This document shows positions 56,364 to 64,000 of a stretch of DNA of 64,000 bases, in pieces (the stretch's first letter is position 1; each line of letters opens with the position of its first letter). The stretch is from Dehalococcoidia bacterium. GTDB lineage: Bacteria; Chloroflexota; Dehalococcoidia; Plut-88900. The notes beneath the pieces were generated by a model. It did no database searches. It was not told where the DNA came from and saw only the letters and a list, made by a program, of their open reading frames with translations. A program made the position numbers and the translations under genes. The stretch covers positions 800,001 to 864,000 of the forward strand of contig CBDFLQ010000006.1 of assembly GCA_965249275.1 (NCBI GenBank), in the 5' to 3' direction.

Positions 56364-57668
56364 ATGGTAATGAACAGCAGCCAGGTCTTTACTCCCTGGA
56401 TCATGGACGACATTCACGCAAAGGCCGACCTTGGACGCTACCGCATCCGCGGCTTCTCTTCCTTTCAGAAAGTGACCCACTTCGACGATCTGACCTTCCT
56501 CTCCACGGGCCTCACCCGAATCCCGCTGGAAGGCTATAAGGAGAAGTGCAGCACCCGCACGGTGATTGGAGAAGGTAACGCCAAGAACCCGCTGGTACTG
56601 GAAACTCCCATATACATCACCGGCATGAGCTACGGCGCTCTTTCCAGGAACGCCAAGGTATCTCTCGGGAAGGGGGCCTCGGAGGTGGGCACCGCCACCT
56701 GCACGGGCGACGGCGGCATGCTCATGGCCGAGCGGGAAGCCTCCGACAAGCTCATATATCAGATTCTGCCCAGCCGCTACGGCGTGAACCCTCACCACAT
56801 CATGATGGCCGACGCCATTGAAATCTGCGTAGGGCAGGGCGCGAAGCCCGGCACCGGTGGCATGCTCATGGGCGTCAAGGTGCTGGACCACATCGCCGAG
56901 ATGCGGGACCTGCCCACGGGTATCGACCAGCGCAGTCCCACTCGACACCCCGACTGGCTCGGGCCGGACGACCTTCCCATCAAGATAGAACAGTTAAGGG
57001 AAGCCACGGACTGGCGTGTTCCCATCAGCGTCAAACTGGGGGCCTGCCGGGTCAAGGACGACGTTAAGCTGGCCGCCAAGGCCGGCGCTGACGCCATAGT
57101 CATTGACAGCATGTTAGCTGGCACGGGCGCTTCCTCCGAAATCTTCCTCGATCACTCAGGCATTCCCACCGTACCAGCCATTGTCCTCGCCCGCGAGGCG
57201 CTGCGGGAGATCGGGATGTACGGGAAGGTGACCCTCATAGCCTCGGGAGGAATCAGGAGCGGGGTGGACGTGGCCAAGGCCCTGGCCCTCGGCGCCGACG
57301 CCGTAGCCATTGGCATCGCCGCTCTCATCGCCCTTAATTGCAACCGGGACATACCCGAAGCCAACTTCGAAGAAGAGGTCGGGGTTCCGGCTGGGATGTG
57401 CCATCACTGTCAGACGGGTAAGTGCCCTGTAGGCATTGCGACCCAGGACCCGGAGCTTGAGAAGAGGCTCGACCCAGAAGAGGGCGGCGCACGCGTCGCT
57501 AACTTCCTCAATGCCATGACGATGGAGCTGGCACTCATTACCCGGTCCCTCGGCAAGAGTGATGTTCACAGTCTCGAGCCCGAGGACTTGGCCGCCCTCA
57601 CCATCGAGGCCTCCGCCATGGCCCGCATCCCGCTGGTAGGCACCGACAAGGTGTTCGGGTTTGACTAG
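56364..57668 (+). CDS. FMN-binding glutamate synthase family protein, N-methylglutamate synthase subunit C (MgsC/GlxD-like)
   Basis: GMSYGALS, GQGAKPGTGG, RHPDWLGPDDL, SGGIRSG, CHHCQTGKCPVGIATQDP. Confidence 0.9.
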   Translation: MVMNSSQVFTPWIMDDIHAKADLGRYRIRGFSSFQKVTHFDDLTFLSTGLTRIPLEGYKEKCSTRTVIGEGNAKNPLVLETPIYITGMSYGALSRNAKVSLGKGASEVGTATCTGDGGMLMAEREASDKLIYQILPSRYGVNPHHIMMADAIEICVGQGAKPGTGGMLMGVKVLDHIAEMRDLPTGIDQRSPTRHPDWLGPDDLPIKIEQLREATDWRVPISVKLGACRVKDDVKLAAKAGADAIVIDSMLAGTGASSEIFLDHSGIPTVPAIVLAREALREIGMYGKVTLIASGGIRSGVDVAKALALGADAVAIGIAALIALNCNRDIPEANFEEEVGVPAGMCHHCQTGKCPVGIATQDPELEKRLDPEEGGARVANFLNAMTMELALITRSLGKSDVHSLEPEDLAALTIEASAMARIPLVGTDKVFGFD

Positions 57669-57718
57669 CCGCCCGGACACATCTCTCGAACAGGCTAGAG
57701 CCTCAACCGGAGCAGAGC

Positions 57719-59077
57719 ATGGCCAATAGAGAGCAGATACGGGAGCGGATGACCCGGGACGGGATCAAGTACATCCTCACCCAGTTCGTCGACATTCATG
57801 GGGCCGCCAAGGTCAAGCTCGTTCCCGCTTCCACCTTCGACAACGTTGTCGACGATGGCGCGGGCTTCGCCGGGGGGTCGCTCCACGGCATGGGCCAGGG
57901 CCCCAACGCCCACGACATGGCCGCCCGTATCGACGTGGACTCCTACACTCGCCTTCCCTGGGACCCCGAGACCGCACGCTTCGCTTCCGATCTGTTCGTA
58001 GACGGCGAGCCTCATCCCTACTGCCCTCGGCAGCACATGAAGAAGGTGCTCGGAGAGTTCCGGGACCAGGGTTTCGTATTTAACGTCGGCATTGAGCCAG
58101 AGCACTTTCTTGTCAATCGGAAAAAGAACGGCAAGATTACGATTTTCGACCCTGATGACGTCGACAATCTCGAAAAGCCGTGTTACGACTACAAGGGCAT
58201 TTCCGGCGTCATCGGCTATCTGAAGGAGATGACCGACGGCCTGAACGGCCTCGGGTGGGGGGTATACCAGTCCGACCACGAGGACGGCAGCGGCCAGTAC
58301 GAGATCAACTTCGATTATTCCGACGCCCTCACCACCGCCGACCGCTACACCTTCTTCAAGATGATGACCAGCCAGGTGGCCCGAAAGCATGGTGCAATCG
58401 CCACCCACATGGCCAAGCCCTTCGGGGACAGGACCGGCAGCGGAGGCCACATTCACTTCCACGTAGCCGACGCCAAGACTGGGGAGAACGTCTTGATAGA
58501 CAACTCCGACCCCCAGGGTCTAGGGCTGTCCAAGATGGCCTACCATTTCATCGGTGGAATTCTGAAGCACGCACCCGCCCTCTGCGCCATCAACTCGCCG
58601 ACGGTTAACTGCTACAAGCGGCTGCAGATGGGCGCCGCACTTACCGGTTCACGCTCCGGGTTCACGTGGACGCCCGCCTTTATCTCTTACGGCGACAACA
58701 ACCGGACGCAGATGATCCGGACCGCGGGCCCCGGTCACCTGGAGGACCGGACGATGTCCTCGGGGTGCAACCCCTATCTCGCCTTCTCAGCCTACGTCCT
58801 GGCAGGCATGGATGGAGTCAAGAACGAGATGGATCCCGGCGCTGCGAACTTCGAAAACACCTACGCCCTCGGTATGGAGGAGATCAACAGGCGCGGCATC
58901 CGGGTCCTCCCACAGAGTCTCCCCGAGGCCCTCAACGAGTTGAAAAACGACCAGGTCGTGCAGGAGGCCCTGGGGCCCATCTACGACGAGTTTATGAAGG
59001 TGAAAGAGGCAGAGTGGGCCGACTATCACCGGCAGGTGAGTCAATGGGAGGTGGACCGGTACCTCACCATGTTCTAG
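57719..59077 (+). CDS. Glutamine synthetase-like gamma-glutamylmethylamide synthetase (GmaS/GlnT-like)
   Basis: QFVDIHG..KVKLVP, GAGFAG, YQSDHEDGSGQYEIN, HMAKPF, SGFTWTP..ISYGDNNRT; follows mgsABC. Confidence 0.88.
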   Translation: MANREQIRERMTRDGIKYILTQFVDIHGAAKVKLVPASTFDNVVDDGAGFAGGSLHGMGQGPNAHDMAARIDVDSYTRLPWDPETARFASDLFVDGEPHPYCPRQHMKKVLGEFRDQGFVFNVGIEPEHFLVNRKKNGKITIFDPDDVDNLEKPCYDYKGISGVIGYLKEMTDGLNGLGWGVYQSDHEDGSGQYEINFDYSDALTTADRYTFFKMMTSQVARKHGAIATHMAKPFGDRTGSGGHIHFHVADAKTGENVLIDNSDPQGLGLSKMAYHFIGGILKHAPALCAINSPTVNCYKRLQMGAALTGSRSGFTWTPAFISYGDNNRTQMIRTAGPGHLEDRTMSSGCNPYLAFSAYVLAGMDGVKNEMDPGAANFENTYALGMEEINRRGIRVLPQSLPEALNELKNDQVVQEALGPIYDEFMKVKEAEWADYHRQVSQWEVDRYLTMF

Positions 59078-59172
59078 GGGCCCCGGTCAATCTGGTCTTT
59101 TGCGTTCCAAGTCATTCAAACTCGAGTTCTCCAACCCCCGCCACATGAGCCCGCGACTCCTGGCATAGTGCC

Positions 59173-59457
59173 ATGTCCTTCCTTCTAAGCTGCCCGAACT
59201 GCGGCCCCAGGTCTGTCAACGACTTCCGTTTCGGCGGCGAGGTCTCAACCCGCCCCTCCCCCGGCGACCCGGAGGAGACTTGGTCTGCCTATTTTTACCT
59301 GAGCAAGAATGTTGCCGGTCTTCAGCAGGAGTGGTGGTATCACAAGTACGGCTGCCGCCGCTGGTTCCATGCCCAGCGCAACACCTTGAACAACCGGGTA
59401 TCGGCCACCTACTGGCCGGGGCAGGGCCCGAATCAACCTGCAGGGAATGAGGGCTGA
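59173..59457 (+). CDS. Sarcosine oxidase delta-like subunit (MgdB/SoxD-like)
   Basis: CPNCGPR...F.FGGE...YFY...N..G...EWWYH..GCRRWF...RNT. Confidence 0.9.
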   Translation: MSFLLSCPNCGPRSVNDFRFGGEVSTRPSPGDPEETWSAYFYLSKNVAGLQQEWWYHKYGCRRWFHAQRNTLNNRVSATYWPGQGPNQPAGNEG

Positions 59458-62389
59458 GTTGAGGCAACGCAGGCTCCCAGCCCACCCCTCCCAGATCATC
59501 GACCGCTCGCGCTCCATCTATTTCAACTACGAAGGCAAGCGGATACTCGCCTATCCCGGTGACACCGTTGCCTCGGCGCTCTACGCGTCCGGCATAGATA
59601 TCTTCAGCCGCAGCTTCAAATACCACCGGCCCAGGGGACTACTCTGCGTGTCGGGCCGATGCCCGAACTGCATGATGAACGTGGACGGCGCTCCTAACAT
59701 CCGCGCCTGCGCTTGTGCCGCAGCCGACGGCATGGATGTAGCGGGGCAGAACGCCTGGCCTTCCGTCGAGAACGACGCCCTTTCCGCCTTGCAGTACTTC
59801 GACAGGTTTATGCCAGTCGGTTTCTACTACAAGACCCTGATTCGACCCAAAGCCGCATGGCATCTCGCAGAGCCGGTGATCAGGCGCGTAGCCGGGCTCG
59901 GGACCGTGGACACAAGCCGTATACCGGACACCGAGTATGAGCACGTCAACGCCTATACCGACGTTGCGGTGATAGGTGGAGGGCCCGCCGGATTGAGCGC
60001 GGCTCTTGCCGCCGCGGAAGCCGGAGCCCGGGTCACGCTGGTCGATGATCAGCCGTCCCTCGGGGGGCACCTGCGTTACAACATCCTGCCCTCTCCCCAG
60101 ATGGGAGAAGGCCAGGGTGATTCTCCTGTCCTCGGTTATGAACTCGCCAGACGCCTCGCCGAATCCGTCCACGCATCTACCCGAATCCAAGTCCTATCCG
60201 ACGCCTCCGCAATGGCCGTCTACCAAGGCAACATGGTCACGGTCCATCAGCGCGAGCGCATAGTAAAGCTGAGAGCGGGCCAGGTGGTAGTAGCTGCCGG
60301 GGCCCAGGAATCGCCTGCCGTCTTCCCCAACAACGATCTTCCCGGAATTATGCTAAGCAGCGGCGCACTGCGTCTGGCCAATCTGTACGGCGTGAGCCCC
60401 GGGGCCCGGGGTGTGATCGTCACGGACAGCGACGAAGGTCTAAGAGTTGCCGTTCAATTGACGGACGCGGGCGTAAATGTAAGCGCCGTCGTCGATTACC
60501 GGCCCCGCCGCGATACACCCCTAGCGAGGGACCTCCGGAAGCGAGGTGTCGGTCTGCTCAACGGATGGAAAGTGGTAAAGGCGGAGGGCGTAAGAAAGAT
60601 AGAGGCAGTGCTTCTGGAAAGCAACGCTGGGGGCGGCGAACATCGTCTTGAGTGCGGTTTCCTCTGCCTGGCTCCCAACCCCGACCCCGTCACCGCTCTC
60701 CTTTCTCACGCCGACGCCAAACTCACCTACGACGAGGCCCTCGGCGCGTCCGTTCCTGCGCATCTGCCTGACTCCATATATTCCGCCGGTGACGTAACAG
60801 GCATCCATGACGCCGAAATCAATATGCTGCAGGGTCGGGTTACAGGACTCGAGACTGCGTCGGCATCCGGTGCAGGCGACACAGACTCGGAGGCTCTTTC
60901 GAGCCTAAAGGCCGACCTTGATCGCCGCGAAAAGGCCTATCGGGACGAGCTATCATCCGCCTCACCCCGCATCACGGGAGAAGTCTCCGGCAAGAAGTCT
61001 GCCCGAGCCAAGAAATTTGTTTGCATATGTGAAGACGTGACGGAGAAGGACGTTCGGCAAGCCATAGACGAGGGCTTCGCCGACGTCCAGTCGCTCAAGC
61101 GCTACAGCACCGTGTCGATGGGGCCCTGCCAGGGGAAGATGTGCCACAAGAGCTACACCAAGGTCATCTCCCAAGCCACGGGGCGCACCCTCGACGCCGT
61201 AGGTGGGACGACCTCTCGGCCTCCCTTCCGACCCACACCCCTCGGCGCAATAGCCGGGCCGGGGCACATGCCCTTCAGGATGACCCCCATCCACTACGCT
61301 CACGTCAGGGCCGGTGGAAAGATCGCCGAGGTCGGGCAGTGGAAGAGACCCCACTCCTACGGTGATCCCGCCGAAGAGATAGAGGCTGTTAGGAACCGCG
61401 TCGGCATCATCGACGTTAGCACCCTTGGCAAGCTGGACGTAGTCGGCAAGGACGCACCGGCACTACTCGACCGTATCTACACTCACTATTTCTCCAACCT
61501 GAGGGTCGGGCGGATCCGGTATGGAATTATCTGCTCAGACAGCGGAATCATAATGGACGACGGCACCGTCACGCGGCTCTCCGACGACCACTATTACGTC
61601 ACCACCGGCACAGGCAACATCGACCTTATCGAGGAGTGGTTCAGGTGGTGGCTGGTGGGCACGGATATGTGTGCCCACGTCGCCAACGTGACCCCGGGAT
61701 TTGCCGCAGTGAACGTCGCCGGGCCCCGGGCCCGAGACACCCTGCAAAAGCTCACCGATGTTGATCTGTCCAAGGACAAGTTTCGATACATGCGCAGCGC
61801 CAGGGGCCAGGTGGCCGGGGTGCCGTCCCTTCTCCTTCGCGTCGGGTTCGTCGGGGAGGCGGGTTGGGAGCTTCACTTCCCCGCCGAGGCCGGTGAGCAC
61901 GTCTGGGAAGCGCTGCTGGAAGCCGGGGAGGAGTTCGGCATCTTGCCCTTCGGGGTCGAGGCCCAGCGCGTCCTCCGGCTGGAGAAGAAACACCTGATAC
62001 CCGGTCAGGACACCGACGTCATGTCCAACCCGCTTGAAGCCGACATGGCGTGGGCCGTCAAGTTCGAAAAGGAAGATTTCATAGGCCGCGAGGCTCTCAA
62101 GCAGGTCTCCGAACGCGGTTACCGCAACCGGATGGTCGGGTTCGTAATGGAAAACGGAGCGGTGGCCGAAGACGGGAGCCCCGTCCTCGAGCACGGGTGG
62201 CCTGTGGGCAAGGTAACAAGCTCCCGGTTCAGCCCGTCCATCGGCAAGGGATTCGGGCTGGCTTGGGTCCCCGACCGACTCGCCGCGGAGGGTCAGCGAA
62301 TCGAGATTCGGGTGCCGGGCGGAGTCGCCTACGCCCGGGTCCGCCATGCCCCCGTCTACGATCCCGAAGGCGTACACCTGAGGGAGTAA
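59447..62389 (+). CDS. Sarcosine oxidase alpha-like subunit (MgdC/SoxA-like): Fe-S, NAD/FAD and GcvT domains
   Basis: GDTVASAL, SRSFKYHRPRG, CVSGRCPNC, GGGPAGL, CICEDVT...GPCQGKMC, DVSTLGK, LRLEK, YDPEG. Confidence 0.92.
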   Translation: MRAELRQRRLPAHPSQIIDRSRSIYFNYEGKRILAYPGDTVASALYASGIDIFSRSFKYHRPRGLLCVSGRCPNCMMNVDGAPNIRACACAAADGMDVAGQNAWPSVENDALSALQYFDRFMPVGFYYKTLIRPKAAWHLAEPVIRRVAGLGTVDTSRIPDTEYEHVNAYTDVAVIGGGPAGLSAALAAAEAGARVTLVDDQPSLGGHLRYNILPSPQMGEGQGDSPVLGYELARRLAESVHASTRIQVLSDASAMAVYQGNMVTVHQRERIVKLRAGQVVVAAGAQESPAVFPNNDLPGIMLSSGALRLANLYGVSPGARGVIVTDSDEGLRVAVQLTDAGVNVSAVVDYRPRRDTPLARDLRKRGVGLLNGWKVVKAEGVRKIEAVLLESNAGGGEHRLECGFLCLAPNPDPVTALLSHADAKLTYDEALGASVPAHLPDSIYSAGDVTGIHDAEINMLQGRVTGLETASASGAGDTDSEALSSLKADLDRREKAYRDELSSASPRITGEVSGKKSARAKKFVCICEDVTEKDVRQAIDEGFADVQSLKRYSTVSMGPCQGKMCHKSYTKVISQATGRTLDAVGGTTSRPPFRPTPLGAIAGPGHMPFRMTPIHYAHVRAGGKIAEVGQWKRPHSYGDPAEEIEAVRNRVGIIDVSTLGKLDVVGKDAPALLDRIYTHYFSNLRVGRIRYGIICSDSGIIMDDGTVTRLSDDHYYVTTGTGNIDLIEEWFRWWLVGTDMCAHVANVTPGFAAVNVAGPRARDTLQKLTDVDLSKDKFRYMRSARGQVAGVPSLLLRVGFVGEAGWELHFPAEAGEHVWEALLEAGEEFGILPFGVEAQRVLRLEKKHLIPGQDTDVMSNPLEADMAWAVKFEKEDFIGREALKQVSERGYRNRMVGFVMENGAVAEDGSPVLEHGWPVGKVTSSRFSPSIGKGFGLAWVPDRLAAEGQRIEIRVPGGVAYARVRHAPVYDPEGVHLRE

Positions 62390-62399
62390 GGCGACTTTT

Positions 62400-63143
62400 A
62401 TGGATTTAACCACGGCAGCGCTCGCCAAGCTCACCGCGATGCACGGGGCCCATCAACAGTTGGGCGCCGAGTTCCTCTACAGGGACGGCTGGAAGCTGCC
62501 CTCTCACTACTCCTCCAGCGACGAAGAGGTGTCCCGGGCCATCAACGGCGGCGGCATCTTCGATATCAGCCCGATAGGCAAACTATCATTCCAAGGCGCA
62601 GACGTGCTGGCCGAGTTGCCCCGCGCCCTCGCCTTCCCGGAGTCCCTCACCGTTGGCAGAGCCATAAGATGTCCGAGCCCAACGGCCAGCGAGGACAGCC
62701 GGGAGTCGGTCACCGTAGCGGCACTCACCTACGACGAGGCCCTGGTGCTCACGTCTCCCGGGTCACGGGACTCCATCGGCGAGGCCCTCGAAGAGGCGCT
62801 TGCAGGATGCGCCCACATGATCGACCTGACCTCTGCGTGGGCGGGGATCGGGGTCATGGGGCCTCGCAGCCGGGACGCCCTTGCAAAGCTCGTCGAGCTG
62901 GACCTGGACCCCGACAGGTTCCTCGATGGCGCATGCGCGCAAGCCAAGACAGCCGAGGTCCACTCTCTCCTTGTTCGCGGAGACGTCTCGGGGCACTACG
63001 CCTGCCAAATGTACGTTACCCGTGACTACGGAGAATACGTGTGGGACGCCCTTGTTCACGCGAGTAAGGGAGTCGGCGTGTCACCCATCGGAATCGAGGC
63101 CTTTGAGCAGATTTCCTCGGACAACCCAGGAATACCCTGGTAA
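62400..63143 (+). CDS. Sarcosine oxidase gamma/GcvT-like subunit (MgdD/SoxG-like)
   Basis: DISPIGKL, DLTSAWAGI...GP.SRDAL, RDYGEYVWDAL. Confidence 0.8.
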   Translation: MDLTTAALAKLTAMHGAHQQLGAEFLYRDGWKLPSHYSSSDEEVSRAINGGGIFDISPIGKLSFQGADVLAELPRALAFPESLTVGRAIRCPSPTASEDSRESVTVAALTYDEALVLTSPGSRDSIGEALEEALAGCAHMIDLTSAWAGIGVMGPRSRDALAKLVELDLDPDRFLDGACAQAKTAEVHSLLVRGDVSGHYACQMYVTRDYGEYVWDALVHASKGVGVSPIGIEAFEQISSDNPGIPW

Positions 63144-63156
63144 CGGAATTGAGAAT

Positions 63157-64000
63157 ATGGACCCACTGAAATTTTTACAGGAAAATCCGACACCCTCAGA
63201 GATCCCCTTCCCCGAGGCCGAGTTCCAGGGCCGCATTGCCAAGGTGCGCGCCCTGATGGCCGACGCGGGAATCGAGGCGCTCCTCGTCACCCATCTGCCC
63301 AACCTCTACTATCTCACGGGTTATAACACCATCATCCCCAACCGCTACGCCTGTCTCATCCTCCCAATAGAGGGCTCGCCGACGATTCACATTGCGGACG
63401 TAGAGCTTGGCGCAGTGTTCGCCACCGGCTGGATCCGAGACGTCGAACTCTATCACTATTACGACGCCGCCCGAGCCATGGACCTCCTCAGCGGCATTCT
63501 GAAGGACAAGGGCCTTGATTCTAAGGCCATCGGCGTCGAGACTGGGGTGTCGGGGCTGCACGTCAACCAGCACCGACGCCTCACCGAGACACTTCCCAAC
63601 GCCTCATTCATCGACGCCTCCCGGCTCGTCTACGAGGTCCGCAAGACAAAGTCTGCGGCGGAGATAGAGTACATGCGGGAGGCTGGGCGGCTCACCGTCC
63701 TGGGCGTCGAAGCTGCGATGGCCGAGATCGCCCCCGGCAAAACGGACAACGACCTCTCCGCCGCCTGCCACGAGGCCATGATCCGCGCCGGAAGCGAGTA
63801 TTTCACCAAGTGGCAGAACATCATGACCGGCCACCGCACCGGCTTTCACCACTCCTTCCATGCCCGGTTCCCCATTGCGCCCGGAGACCTGGTCTACATG
63901 GAGCTCGGAGCGTCCTACAAACGCTATGACACTCTGATGATGCGCACCGCATCGCTCGGACCGCCGGACGACCTGACCCTAAGAATGACCGACGCCATGC
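63157..64000 (+). CDS. M24 family creatinase/ectoine-hydrolase-like amidohydrolase (runs off window)
   Basis: Missing from the ORF track because it has no stop in the window; MDPLKF...PFPEAEFQGRI..VR..M, NLYYLTGY, RKTKSAAEIEYMR.AG, ELGASYKRY...MMRT. Confidence 0.85.
   Translation, partial: MDPLKFLQENPTPSEIPFPEAEFQGRIAKVRALMADAGIEALLVTHLPNLYYLTGYNTIIPNRYACLILPIEGSPTIHIADVELGAVFATGWIRDVELYHYYDAARAMDLLSGILKDKGLDSKAIGVETGVSGLHVNQHRRLTETLPNASFIDASRLVYEVRKTKSAAEIEYMREAGRLTVLGVEAAMAEIAPGKTDNDLSAACHEAMIRAGSEYFTKWQNIMTGHRTGFHHSFHARFPIAPGDLVYMELGASYKRYDTLMMRTASLGPPDDLTLRMTDAM

Overview
GC-rich bacterial chromosomal segment. Gene content and style (many Pro/Thr-stalked lipoproteins, TolB-like/LRR protein, rpmB-DAK2-DegV-recG, rny-YmdB) suggest Chloroflexota, probably Dehalococcoidia/SAR202-like; this is an inference. 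Housekeeping content: argJ-B-D-G...H, rpe, rpmB, DAK2/DegV, recG, argS, trpS, rny, fabZ, speD/speE and three tRNAs. Catabolic content: a flavin monooxygenase-DUF1028-M20 cluster, a dimethylformamidase-like gene, and an N-methylglutamate-type methylamine cluster with no beta subunit in the window. The main result is that five 'broken' minus-strand ORFs at 8824-11132 join into two DsbA/thioredoxin-fold lipoprotein genes. Three in-frame UGA codons sit exactly at the first position of the CxxC active site (U-P-G-C, U-P-G-C, U-G-V-C), and each is followed at the same distance by a conserved GGGCC-N8-GGCCC hairpin. These are candidate selenoproteins with SECIS elements; one carries two Sec-containing domains, and the pair is translationally coupled to rpmB. 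Other points: an IS481 element inserted with a 5-bp duplication into a REP-like palindrome that has an intact copy at 1674; a decayed RAYT-like transposase with a GTAG REP; a low-GC candidate defence islet (Mrr-like and HEPN-like) behind tRNA-Leu with a duplicated tRNA 5' half; and a PycTM-like membrane protein paired with a 40-aa peptide inside the arg region. All calls come from reading motifs by eye; no searches were run.
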